Positions 53,471 through 64,000 of a stretch of DNA of 64,000 bases are shown piece after piece. Below the pieces are notes generated by a model that saw only the letters and a program-made list of their open reading frames with translations, made no database searches and had not been told where the DNA came from. The DNA is from an uncultured Thermodesulfobacteriota bacterium (lineage in GTDB: Bacteria > Desulfobacterota > GWC2-55-46 > JADFVP01), in contig CAYYJQ010000002.1 in the NCBI GenBank assembly GCA_964472295.1, forward strand, positions 32,074 through 96,073, given 5' to 3'. A program made the translations under genes and the position numbers. Positions within the stretch are counted from its first letter, which is position 1, and each line of letters opens with the position of its first letter.

Positions 53471-55852
53471 TCAACCCGCGATTCGTTCCTTCCATGGGTC
53501 CCGTACAACGGCAAGGGCGGAAGAGAGGCGTTGCAGGAGCCTGGCTCTCCCAGGCGCGTCCTCCACCACGGCCTTTTTCACGGCCTCAAGGCCAACTCGT
53601 TCAATAAACGTAGCGGTCCTCTCTCCATAATGGGCCTCTTCGCGATAATACTGGAGAAATGCCCCGGCAATCTCGCGTACTTCATCGGCTGTCTTTACGG
53701 TGCAGAGGATCTCGGCCCCCCGCGTCTTTGTGCCGCCGCAGCCGCCGACATAAATCTCCCAGCCGCCCGATATTCCCGTTATGCCTATATCCTTTATCGC
53801 TGTCTCGGCGCAGTTTCGCGGACAGCCCGTAACTCCCATCTTCACCTTGGCGGGTGTCCAGAGCCCCTCGAACTCCTTCTCAAGGGCCATGCCGAGGCCC
53901 ACGGAGTCCTGCGTGCCGTACCTGCAAAAAGTCGACCCCACACAGGTCTTTACGGTGCGAAGGGCCTTTCCATAGGCATAACCCGAGGGCATGCCGAGGT
54001 CTTTCCAGACACGCGGAAGGTCTTCTTTTTTTATACCAAGGAGATCAAGACGCTGGCCTCCTGTTACCTTCACGAGGGGCACATGGTACTTCTCGGCAAC
54101 CTCGGCTATGCGCCGTAGTTCCCTGGGCGTGGTAATGCCTCCGTACATCCTCGGCACAACGGAGAAGGTCTTGTCCTTCTGGATATTTGCGTGGGCGCGC
54201 TCATTTACCACCCTTGATGTGGGGTCGTCCTCGCTCTCTCGGGGCCAGACCATGGAGACATAGTAGTTTATGGCGGGCCTGCACCTGTCGCACCCCACGG
54301 TCTCCCAGCCAAGGGAATCCATGACAGCCATGACAGAGGTAAGCCTGTTATCGCGTATGTTCCTTATAAGGTCATCCCGCGTATAACGTGTGCAGGCGCA
54401 GATGGCGCGGTCCTCGCCCCCGCCCTGAAAATCAGAGCCAAGTACTGCCTCGAGTATCTGCTCAACGAGCGTTCCGCATCCGCCGCAGGACGTTGCGGCC
54501 TTTGTCTCGCGCTCCACGTCTTCGCGCGTGAAGAGGCCCTTTTCCTCTATGGCCTTTACGATTTCGCCCTTTGTCACTCCGTTACAGCCGCAGATAATGG
54601 CATCATCAGAGAGGGCGTCCACTGAGGCCGTGGCCCTCGCGGAGAGGCCCTCGCCAAAGAGTATGGTGCCCCGCTTCTCAGTGATGTCATTCCCGTCAAT
54701 AAGGTGCTGAAAGAGACGCGGCCCGTCGCTGGTCTCGCCGTAGAGGAGTATTCCCTCTATCCTACCGTCCCTTATGAAGAGTTTCTTGTACGTGCGAAGC
54801 CCCCTGTCCGAGAACTCGATGGTCTCAACGCCAGGGCCGGTCTCTACACTCCCCGCGGAATATAACTCAATGCCCGGGACCTTGAGTTTTGTTGAGAGGG
54901 GTTTATTCACAAAATAAAGCCGCGCGTCCCCAGCAAGGTGGTTGGCAAGGACACGGGCCTGCTCAAAGAGCGGGGCAACAAGGCCGAAGGTCAGGCCCCT
55001 ATGCTGGACGCACTCGCCAACAGCGTATACGGCAGGGTCATAGGTCTGCAAGGTGTCGCTCACCACTACGCCGCGCTCGCAGTATATGCCCGAGGCACGG
55101 GCAAGGACCATATTGGGCCTGATTCCAGTAGAGAGGACTACGACATCAGTCTCAAGGTGGCTGCCATCAGAGAAGGTAATCCCCTCGACCCTCTCCCTGC
55201 CCGTAATCTCCGTGGTCTTCGCTCCAAGGCGTATCTTCATGCCCCGCTTCTCGAGGTCTTCCTTGAGGAGCGCACCGGCCTCGGCGTCGAGCTGACGCTC
55301 CATGAGCCGGTCCATGAGGTGTACTACCGTAACCTCAAGGCCAAGGTCCATGAGCCCCCTTGCCGCCTCAAGGCCCAGAAGCCCGCCACCAAGGACTACT
55401 GCGCGTCTGCTCGCGGCGGCCTCGCGCTTAAGGCGTTCGCAATCCTCGATGTTACGAAAGGGGATTACCCCTTCCTTATCTATCCCATCTATGGGGGGCA
55501 CAAAGGGGACCGAGCCCGTGGCGAGGATAAGGCTGTCATAGGCGGCCTCCGTGCCGTCCTCGGAGACGGCCACGCGGCGGCTCCTATCTATCTTCTTAAC
55601 AGGACTCCCCGTATGGAGCGTAATCCCCCGCTCTTCATACCACTCAAAGGCATTGAGTGTTATATCTTGAAGGGTCTTCTCGCCCGTAAGGAGCGATGAG
55701 AGAAAGACCCTGTTGTAGTTGGGGTGGCGCTCCTTGCCGAATACCGTTATCTCGTAACGCTCGGCGTCAAGGCGCAGTATCTCCTCGATACAACTCGTGC
55801 CTGCCATACCGCCACCTATGACAACGAGTTTTTTTCTTGTGTTCTTCTTCAT
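53471..55852 (-). CDS. nirB: assimilatory NAD(P)H-nitrite reductase large subunit
   Basis: The likely start is the ATG at 55852 (MKKNTRKKLVVIGGGMAG). FAD/NAD Rossmann folds, BFD-like [2Fe-2S] CGCNGVTKGEI, and siroheme/4Fe-4S motifs CVGSTFCRYG and TGCPRNCAE. Confidence 0.8.
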   Translation of the reverse strand: MKKNTRKKLVVIGGGMAGTSCIEEILRLDAERYEITVFGKERHPNYNRVFLSSLLTGEKTLQDITLNAFEWYEERGITLHTGSPVKKIDRSRRVAVSEDGTEAAYDSLILATGSVPFVPPIDGIDKEGVIPFRNIEDCERLKREAAASRRAVVLGGGLLGLEAARGLMDLGLEVTVVHLMDRLMERQLDAEAGALLKEDLEKRGMKIRLGAKTTEITGRERVEGITFSDGSHLETDVVVLSTGIRPNMVLARASGIYCERGVVVSDTLQTYDPAVYAVGECVQHRGLTFGLVAPLFEQARVLANHLAGDARLYFVNKPLSTKLKVPGIELYSAGSVETGPGVETIEFSDRGLRTYKKLFIRDGRIEGILLYGETSDGPRLFQHLIDGNDITEKRGTILFGEGLSARATASVDALSDDAIICGCNGVTKGEIVKAIEEKGLFTREDVERETKAATSCGGCGTLVEQILEAVLGSDFQGGGEDRAICACTRYTRDDLIRNIRDNRLTSVMAVMDSLGWETVGCDRCRPAINYYVSMVWPRESEDDPTSRVVNERAHANIQKDKTFSVVPRMYGGITTPRELRRIAEVAEKYHVPLVKVTGGQRLDLLGIKKEDLPRVWKDLGMPSGYAYGKALRTVKTCVGSTFCRYGTQDSVGLGMALEKEFEGLWTPAKVKMGVTGCPRNCAETAIKDIGITGISGGWEIYVGGCGGTKTRGAEILCTVKTADEVREIAGAFLQYYREEAHYGERTATFIERVGLEAVKKAVVEDAPGRARLLQRLSSALAVVRDPWKERIAG

Positions 55853-55943
55853 CTCATTAACCTCGAAGACGCCTGGCGTCGGCTCATAACCAGGACCAGA
55901 GAGTTTTATCCCTCCTGGAGAGGCGGGGGCCACCGAAGTGGGC

Positions 55944-55997
55944 CGCAAAAAACCATTTAAACAGGCGAGGGGCGCGGGGAAAGACCCCGCGCCCCTC
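55944..55997 (-). terminator. rho-independent terminator after amt copy 2
   Basis: 13-bp stem GAGGGGCGCGGGG-AAAGA-CCCCGCGCCCCTC, followed on the minus strand by TGTTTAAATGGTTTTTT. Confidence 0.6.
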
Positions 55998-56021
55998 GTA
56001 TCTTTCCTTAATTTGTCTATC

Positions 56022-57296
56022 TCAGAGGCTATATCCGCTCTCGCCGTGAAGCGCGTAGTCAAGGCCGGCCACCTCGTCCTCGTCAGTGACCCTGAGGCCA
56101 ACCACAAGGTCAACTATCTTGAGGATTATGAAGGTAGCCACAGCCGCAAGCACCATGGTGGCCACGACACCTATAATCTGCGCCTTCATCTGCCCCGGGT
56201 TGCCAAAGAAGGCACCCTTTGCCCCTACGGAGGCGAAGAGCCCCGTGGCCAGCGCCCCCCAGGTACCGCCAACGCCGTGTATGCCAAAGGCGTCAAGGGC
56301 GTCGTCATAACCAAGGGCGGGTTTTACAATAGCCACCATGAAGTAGCAGATAACTCCACCAACAGCACCGATGATGATGGACGATACAGGCCCCACAAAG
56401 CCAGCCCCGGGAGTAATGGAGACAAGGCCGGCCACGGCGCCAGAGACAACGCCAAGCACAGTGGGTTTGCCCCTGTGAGCCCACTCCACAAATACCCAGG
56501 CAAGGGCCGCGGCGGCGGAGGCCGTGTTTGTCGTGACAAAGGCCATGGCCGCTATGCCGTCTGCCGCAAGGGCGCTCCCCGCGTTAAAGCCAAACCAGCC
56601 AAACCAGAGTATGGCGGCGCCAATGACCGTAAGGGTCATGTTATGGGGCGGCATGTGCTCGCGCGGATAGCCCCGCCTCTTTCCAAGGACTATGGCCACG
56701 ACAAGGGCCGATATGCCCGAGCTTATATGAACTACCGTGCCGCCGGCAAAGTCCAAGGCCCCCATGCTACCTATCCAGCCCCCGCCCCAGACCCAGTGGC
56801 ATATGGGGTCATATACAACGGTGGTCCAGATGAGGCTGAATATGATAACAGCGGAAAATTTCATTCTACCGGCTACTGCTCCGGTGATGAGGGCTACGGT
56901 AATGATGGCGAACATTCCCTGAAACATCATGAAGATAAGGTGCGGGATGCTGCCCTTCGCCTCCATGCCCACATGGGCAAGCCCAAAGTACTTAATGCCC
57001 CCGACAATGCCACCAAGGGCGTGGGGCCCAAAGGATAGCGAGTATCCCCAGAGGACCCATTGAACGCTAATCAGGCAGAGCAGGAAAAAACTCTGCATGA
57101 TAGTGGAGAGGACATTTTTCTGTCTTACCATGCCCCCGTAAAAGAGGGCGAGCCCGGGGGTCATGAACATCACAAGGGCCGTTGATACGAGTATCCATGC
57201 CGTGTCACCTGCGCTTATGGAGCCCCCCTCCCCCGCAAAGGCCGTGCCCCCGAGGGCAATGAAAAGAAACAAGACCAATGATGCCTTTTTGAGCAA
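56022..57296 (-). CDS. amtB: ammonium transporter (Amt family), copy 2
   Basis: Signal peptide. 11 TM helices. DFAGGTVVH and FGWFGFN Amt signatures. TTG start. Confidence 0.85.
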   Translation of the reverse strand: MLKKASLVLFLFIALGGTAFAGEGGSISAGDTAWILVSTALVMFMTPGLALFYGGMVRQKNVLSTIMQSFFLLCLISVQWVLWGYSLSFGPHALGGIVGGIKYFGLAHVGMEAKGSIPHLIFMMFQGMFAIITVALITGAVAGRMKFSAVIIFSLIWTTVVYDPICHWVWGGGWIGSMGALDFAGGTVVHISSGISALVVAIVLGKRRGYPREHMPPHNMTLTVIGAAILWFGWFGFNAGSALAADGIAAMAFVTTNTASAAAALAWVFVEWAHRGKPTVLGVVSGAVAGLVSITPGAGFVGPVSSIIIGAVGGVICYFMVAIVKPALGYDDALDAFGIHGVGGTWGALATGLFASVGAKGAFFGNPGQMKAQIIGVVATMVLAAVATFIILKIVDLVVGLRVTDEDEVAGLDYALHGESGYSL

Positions 57297-57372
57297 CTCT
57301 CTTCTCCTTTCAGACCATTTTTGTATTTAAACATTAAACATATCACCTCCTGTAATTACTGACAACTGAAAA

Positions 57373-59857
<2,485 letters not shown>

Positions 59858-59897
59858 CTTGTCTCCTCTTCTTGCCCCGGTTTTTTATCTTGAGGAA

Positions 59898-60212
59898 CCT
59901 CTCTTTAATCCGTCCCGGAATTAAGGAGAGACGGGAAAGAAAAAAACGCTGTTTTTCTTTCCCTCACATTTTCAAGAACTTACAGTTATAGAAAATCTCA
60001 ACACGTCCCGGCGTTGCTGGAACATCTGAATTAAGGAAGCTCTGAATAATTCGTCCCTGAATTATTCAGAGACGAAAAAGAAAAAACGCGGTTTTTCTTT
60101 TTCTCACATTTTCAATAACTTACAGTTATCGAAAATGGCAACACGTCCATGTGTTGCTGGAAAGTCTGAATTAATCAGACTTTCCTTAATCAGACTTTCC
60201 TTTCTTATCCCG
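59898..60212. repeat. tandem 139-bp direct repeat (2 body copies, 3 hairpin modules) in the leader of the porin-glnK-amt operon
   Basis: Unit 1 starts at 59935 (GAAAGAAAAAAACGCTGTTTTTCTTTCC...) and unit 2 at 60074 (GAAAAAGAAAAAACGCGGTTTTTCTTTTTC...). The units contain ACTTACAGTTAT(A/C)GAAAAT and GCAACAC-N6-GTGTTGC. The hairpin modules lie at 59901..59930, 60042..60069 and 60164..60200. Confidence 0.7.
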
Positions 60213-60339
60213 AAGGTCATCCATATCTCCCCCCCTGCCCCGGGCGCGCCGCGCCGCGCTCCACCTGCCAACCGCCGTCATGACAATCAGGAGGGAGACG
60301 AATAAGGACATGCCTACTCGTCAATTCCCTTCATATAAC

Positions 60340-60355
60340 GCAACTTTGGTGCCAC
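60340..60355 (-). promoter_or_regulatory. sigma-54 (-24/-12) promoter for the porin-glnK-amt-amt operon
   Basis: The minus strand reads TGGCAC-CAAAG-TTGC, a perfect match to TGGCAC-N5-TTGC, about 480 nt 5' of the porin start. An NtrC-family activator gene is present in the window. Confidence 0.55.
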
Positions 60356-60439
60356 AATGGGCCTGTTTTAAAAAACTATTATTTTTTAAATAGTTAGAGT
60401 GATTAAAGAAAAGATGGGAAGGTATTTGCGAGGGCAATA

Positions 60440-60456
60440 TGCCTATATTTTAGGCA
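60440..60456. promoter_or_regulatory. candidate enhancer-binding-protein site (6-5-6 palindrome) upstream of the sigma-54 promoter
   Basis: TGCCTA-TATTT-TAGGCA lies about 95 bp 5' of the -24 element. An AT-rich palindrome AACTATTATTTTTTAAATAGTT sits in between, at a position expected for IHF-induced bending. Confidence 0.35.
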
Positions 60457-60522
60457 TCGGTTGAGCATAAAAGGGCTTTATTGAGGCAGTTTTGTAAGAG
60501 TCTGATTGATCTTCCGGGGCGC

Positions 60523-61236
60523 TCAGGCTATCTGGCGAAGGAACCTCTTTATGATGGCCCGGCCAAGGCCGTTGATGGCGGGAAGTACTTCGCGGGCCTC
60601 TTCCATTATGGCCTCTGGGGACTTTATATAGGGGACCCCTCTGAGTTCGTCCTCTCCGGCCGTGAGAAATTCCCTCACCATGTGTTCAGTCACCTCTATA
60701 TGAAACTGAAGACCATAGGAATTTGTACCAACCTTTATGAGCTGATGTTCAAAGAGGGGCGATGAGGCGAGGTTTCTCGCACCTTCCGGGATGCTGAAGG
60801 TGTCTCCGTGCCACTGAAATACAGTGAACTCTTCGGGAAGGCCAAGAAGGAGCCTATCGCCAAGGCCTTCTGGCGTAAGGCCTATATCATAAAAACCTAT
60901 CTCTTTCTTATCTCCGCTCGTCACCCTGCCGCCAGCGGCGCGGGCCATCATCTGGGCCCCGAGGCATACGCCGAGCACGGGCACCCGCGCCCTGAAGGCA
61001 GACTCGATAAGCCGGAGTTCGTGGGGTATGAAAGGATACTCCTCTTCGTCATATACACCCATGGGCCCGCCTATGACAACTATGGCGCACCACGGCAGGG
61101 GGTCCGCCGGGACCCTCTCGCCGCGAAAGAGCCCCACCGTCTGAAGCGAAAAGCCATTTTCCAGGGCCACGGCGCCTATGAGGCCAGGTCCCTCGGCCTC
61201 TACATGCTGAAGAACGAGTATCTCATTATCTCTCAT
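60523..61236 (-). CDS. class I glutamine amidotransferase-like protein
   Basis: The likely start is the Met at 61236 (MRDNEILVLQHVE), preceded by GGAGAGG. Catalytic-Cys context GVCLGAQMMA. Confidence 0.65.
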   Translation of the reverse strand: MRDNEILVLQHVEAEGPGLIGAVALENGFSLQTVGLFRGERVPADPLPWCAIVVIGGPMGVYDEEEYPFIPHELRLIESAFRARVPVLGVCLGAQMMARAAGGRVTSGDKKEIGFYDIGLTPEGLGDRLLLGLPEEFTVFQWHGDTFSIPEGARNLASSPLFEHQLIKVGTNSYGLQFHIEVTEHMVREFLTAGEDELRGVPYIKSPEAIMEEAREVLPAINGLGRAIIKRFLRQIA

Positions 61237-61320
61237 AAAGAACCTCTCCTGATGAAAAGACAGCCATCCCTTGCCTGTGGTATCCCTGCTCACCACTCCC
61301 CCCTCCAGCCCTGCCCCTCC

Positions 61321-62829
61321 TCAACCTTGCCGCGGTCTCCTGCCCCAGATGTCCTTTTTAGCCCTGCCCCCTCCTGGCGCCGCCTTTTTCATGGCAAGTT
61401 CGTATAGTTCCATGTACCTCTCTGCTGAACGCGACCACGAAAAGTCCTCGCTCATGGCCCTGGCCTGAAGTTCACGCCACTCTTCCCTCTTCCTGAAGAC
61501 TTCCACGGCCCTTCCAACTGCCTCTATAAGGGCGCCCGTGGAGTATCGCCTGAACTTGAAGCCCGTGGGCCGGGGCTCGTTTCCATAGTCCCTTACAGTG
61601 TCGTCAAGGCCGCCCGTAGCCCTGACAACAGGTATGGTCCCGTACTTCTGACTGTATATCTGGTTAAGACCGCAGGGCTCGAACTTCGAGGGCATGATAA
61701 ATATGTCGCTCCCCGCCTCCACGAGGTGGGCAAGGTTGTTGTCAAAACCCGTCCTGAGCGCCGCCCTGCCAGGGTGTCTTTCGCAGGCTCGGCCAAGGCG
61801 GGCCTTGGTCCTGCTCTCGCCCGAGCCAAGAATGGCAAGGCTGATGCCCTGCTTCATAAGCCCGTCCATGGCCCTTATGACAAGGTCTATGCCCTTCTGC
61901 GAAGTTAGCCTCGTAACCATCCCTGCGACCAGCCCATGGCCCTCCTCCCTGAGCTCAAATTCCTTCAATAGGGCGCTGCGGCACACGGCCTTGCCGCTCA
62001 AATCCACCTTCGAGTACCGCGCCGGGATAAGGGGGTCCACGGCAGGGTCCCACTCATTATAATCAATGCCGTTAAGAACACCGAAAAGGTCGTCACTGCG
62101 TATCTTGTAAAGCCCCTCAAGGCCATAGCCACACCGCGGGGTCTTTAGCTCCCTGCAGAACCCGGGGCTCACGGTAGTGAGTACGTCCGAGAAGACAAGA
62201 CCTGCCTTCAAGAGACTTATTCTCCCCCAGAACTCAATGCCCTGCGGCGTAAAGAGCCTGTGGCTGACTCCAAGAAGGCTGTAGTCCTCTGAAGAGAAGA
62301 GCCCCTGAAATGCGCTGTTGTGCACCGTAAAGAGCGTGCCAGTGCCCCTGAAGGCAACGTCCCCCCTGTAAAGATTCTTAATGTATAGCGGGACAAGGCC
62401 TGTCTGCCAGTCATTGGCGTGCACCACCCCGGGCCTGAGCCCAAGGGCACAGACCGCCTCGAGCACTGCCCTTGAAAAAAGCGTGAACCGCTCAAGGTTA
62501 TCAAAGTAATCCCTCTCAGGGGTGCCGTAAAGAAAAGACCTGTCAAAGTACTCGTCACAGCTTATAAAATACGTCTTTACCGCCGCACCGCCTGCCCTGT
62601 AGACCCCGGCCCTGATCATCCGCCGCCCAAGGGGTACCACCACCTCAAGGCCCGTGTCCCTTATCTCAAGCCCCCTGGAGAGGGTCTCCCTGTAAAGGGG
62701 TAAAAAGAGCGTAACGTCAGCCCCCTCCCCCTTCATGGCCGCGGGCAGGGCCCCGGCCACGTCGCCGAGCCCGCCTGTCTTTGAAAAAGGAGCGGCCTCG
62801 GAAGATACGAATATTACACTCAGAGCCAT
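61321..62829 (-). CDS. glgA: glycogen synthase
   Basis: MALSVIFVSSEAAPFSKTGGLGDV (KTGGL) plus a GT-B C-domain. Confidence 0.85.
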   Translation of the reverse strand: MALSVIFVSSEAAPFSKTGGLGDVAGALPAAMKGEGADVTLFLPLYRETLSRGLEIRDTGLEVVVPLGRRMIRAGVYRAGGAAVKTYFISCDEYFDRSFLYGTPERDYFDNLERFTLFSRAVLEAVCALGLRPGVVHANDWQTGLVPLYIKNLYRGDVAFRGTGTLFTVHNSAFQGLFSSEDYSLLGVSHRLFTPQGIEFWGRISLLKAGLVFSDVLTTVSPGFCRELKTPRCGYGLEGLYKIRSDDLFGVLNGIDYNEWDPAVDPLIPARYSKVDLSGKAVCRSALLKEFELREEGHGLVAGMVTRLTSQKGIDLVIRAMDGLMKQGISLAILGSGESRTKARLGRACERHPGRAALRTGFDNNLAHLVEAGSDIFIMPSKFEPCGLNQIYSQKYGTIPVVRATGGLDDTVRDYGNEPRPTGFKFRRYSTGALIEAVGRAVEVFRKREEWRELQARAMSEDFSWSRSAERYMELYELAMKKAAPGGGRAKKDIWGRRPRQG

Positions 62830-62925
62830 GACGAAAACTTAACAAAAAAAAACCATGAGGGCAAGACATATGAGGAGAGGAGAAAAGGGATAAAATAAAA
62901 AAAGGGGAAGAAACAAAGGGGGAAT

Positions 62926-63044
62926 GGGCGGGCTTCGCCCGCAAAGAGATAGAATAGGAAAGAAGGGGTGAAGCGGGCGGGCTTCGCCCAAAGAGGCCAA
63001 AGAGAGACAAAAAGAGGATAATGGGTGGGCGGGCTTCGCCCGCA
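62926..63044. repeat. three regularly spaced GCGGGC-TTCG-GCCCGC hairpins/inverted repeats inside a roughly 220-nt polypurine tract
   Basis: GGGCGGGCTTCGCCCGC at 62926..62942, 62973..62989 (variant) and 63028..63044, with about 50-nt spacing. The plus strand at 62840..63056 is almost devoid of C and T outside the hairpins. Confidence 0.65.
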
Positions 63045-63057
63045 AAGAAAAAGACTT

Positions 63058-63260
63058 CAAACTTTCTTTTAGAAAAAGGAAAGTTTTTTGGCTGGGTTGC
63101 TCTCTACCTCTGGCTTTTTGGAAGTTAAATCAAGAAAGGTTAGTCTGCCACAAAAAGAAATTGTCAAAGAAAACCAATACCAATGGCCTTCGGCCATTGG
63201 AAATAACTTGCAGGATGGGCGAAGCACAGCGAAACCCAACAAGAAGCACAGAAGAGAAAG
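63058..63260. repeat. intergenic repeat element, copy C (full length)
   Basis: Palindrome CTTTCTTTTAGAAAAAGGAAAG (63062..63085). Core GTCAAAGAAAACCA (63163..63176). Hairpin CCAATGGCC-TTCG-GGCCATTGG. Second core AGGATGGG...GCGAAACCCAACAA (63211..63243). Confidence 0.7.
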
Positions 63261-63264
63261 AAGC

Positions 63265-63303
63265 GGCAAGACCCTGTCTTTGCCTTCCCCTCCTTTTTGT
63301 GTT
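63265..63303 (+). terminator. plus-strand rho-independent terminator at the 3' end of repeat element C
   Basis: GGCAAGAC-CCT-GTCTTTGCC followed by TTCCCCTCCTTTTTGTGTT. No plus-strand CDS lies upstream, since glgA is on the minus strand. Confidence 0.45.
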
Positions 63304-63342
63304 AAAAAAAGGTAAGGGAAAAAAACAGGAAATGGATAAAAG

Positions 63343-64000
63343 ATGTTCATAAAGACACTTAACGACGTGCAGGCCGAGGCCGCCACCTTCGGCGACGGCC
63401 CCATACTCGTACTTGCCGGGGCCGGGAGCGGAAAGACGCGTGTGCTTACCTCGCGCGTGGCCTGGCTCATGAAAGAGCGCGGAGTACCGGCCCGCCGCAT
63501 ACTTGCCGTAACCTTTACCAACAAGGCCGCCGGAGAGATGCGCTCCCGTCTCGCCTCGCTCCTTGGAGGGGCGGCAAAAGACCTCTGGCTCGGCACCTTT
63601 CACAGCATTGGCCTCCGCATACTAAAGGAACAGGCAGGCCCCGGGCGCGCGGGAATGAGCGTCTACGCCGAGGACGAGCAGATAGCCCTCATAAAGAAGA
63701 TACTAAAGGAACTAAACCTTGGCGACAAGGCCATGACGCCAAAGTCCATAGCCTGGAAGATCTCCCGCGCCAAGAACGAACTCATGGACCCCGAGGCCCT
63801 CCTGGCCTCTTCCCACGATTTTCTCACCGAGCGCCTCTACAAGATATACAGCCTATACCAGAAGCGTCTTCGCGAGATGAACGCCTATGACTTTGGAGAC
63901 CTCATCGCCGAGCCCGTGCGTATCCTTGAGCGCAATCCCGAAGTCCTGAAAAGGTACCACGAACAGATCCACTATATCCTTGTAGATGAGTACCAGGACA
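63343..64000 (+). CDS. UvrD/PcrA/Rep-family DNA helicase, 5' part (continues past window end)
   Basis: Not in the ORF track because there is no stop. The ATG at 63343 gives MFIKTLNDVQAEAATFGDGPILVLAGAGSGKTRVLTSRVAWL...ILVDEYQD. Confidence 0.8.
   Translation, partial: MFIKTLNDVQAEAATFGDGPILVLAGAGSGKTRVLTSRVAWLMKERGVPARRILAVTFTNKAAGEMRSRLASLLGGAAKDLWLGTFHSIGLRILKEQAGPGRAGMSVYAEDEQIALIKKILKELNLGDKAMTPKSIAWKISRAKNELMDPEALLASSHDFLTERLYKIYSLYQKRLREMNAYDFGDLIAEPVRILERNPEVLKRYHEQIHYILVDEYQD

Noticed and set aside
59861-59935. Alternative sigma-54 promoter immediately 5' of the porin start, or TGGCAA...TTGCT inside repeat unit 2
   Set aside because: The GG-to-GC spacing is 19 nt, whereas the sigma-54 consensus requires 12. 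No -24/-12 match occurs in the 80 nt proximal to the start codon.
62717-63060. Minus-strand ORFs with a repeated SLRAKPAHP peptide
   Set aside because: They are encoded by the three GCGGGC-TTCG-GCCCGC hairpin repeats in the polypurine/polypyrimidine tract. The products are low complexity with Pro/Leu/Ser/Phe runs, so they are an artefact of the repeat and not a repeat protein.

Overview
The window comes from a GC-rich diderm bacterium and is dominated by a large accessory cell-surface polysaccharide locus of about 41 kb (8.4-49.6 kb). It has two halves transcribed from a central LuxR-type regulator gene (29.5-30.1 kb).

Leftward half, minus strand, 8.4-29.1 kb. It combines a nucleotidyltransferase-like/initiating phosphoglycosyltransferase fusion, Wza-like and Wzc-like export proteins, a radical-SAM/SPASM enzyme, a MOP flippase, a WecB/TagA glycosyltransferase, a Wzy/ligase-like membrane protein, a FemAB/GNAT-like protein, a QxxRW processive GT2 synthase, a GT4 and four tandem cytoplasmic alkaline-phosphatase-superfamily (NPP-type) paralogs.

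Rightward half, plus strand, 30.4-47.2 kb. It combines a Wzm/Wzt ABC exporter, a WbdD-like coiled-coil methyltransferase, GT4 and GT2 enzymes, a 1216-aa GT4-DUF-DUF-sulfatase-like fusion, a DPM1/GtrB-like polyprenyl-phosphate sugar synthase with a YfhO-like GT-C, and a GT-C/TPR membrane protein.

Upstream of the locus (1-8 kb, minus strand) is an operon of four secreted enzymes: a glycoside hydrolase, an NPP-BNR fusion, a BNR tandem propeller and an FG-GAP/ASPIC protein.

Downstream is a nitrogen-assimilation cluster: thiE, an NtrB/NtrC-like two-component pair, nirB, two amt genes, glnK and an outer-membrane beta-barrel gene. A perfect sigma-54 -24/-12 promoter lies upstream of the beta-barrel gene. 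Beyond that are a GATase1 gene, glgA and a partial uvrD/pcrA.

No rRNA, tRNA, CRISPR array, transposase or integrase was recognised.

The signals not explained by genes are:
- a roughly 160-220 nt intergenic element present in three copies, with two identical 14-nt cores and sequence-variable hairpins in between;
- a conserved C-terminal (R/K)L(K/E)xLGY(L/M) tail shared by five alkaline-phosphatase-superfamily proteins from two different families;
- tandem 139-bp repeats in the long leader of the porin-glnK-amt operon;
- a polypurine tract carrying three regularly spaced GCGGGC-TTCG-GCCCGC hairpins;
- a recurring hairpin motif 5' of three secreted-protein genes.

All functional calls rest on motifs read by eye. 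No database searches were run. The ORF track uses ATG, GTG and TTG starts, so several N-termini are uncertain.
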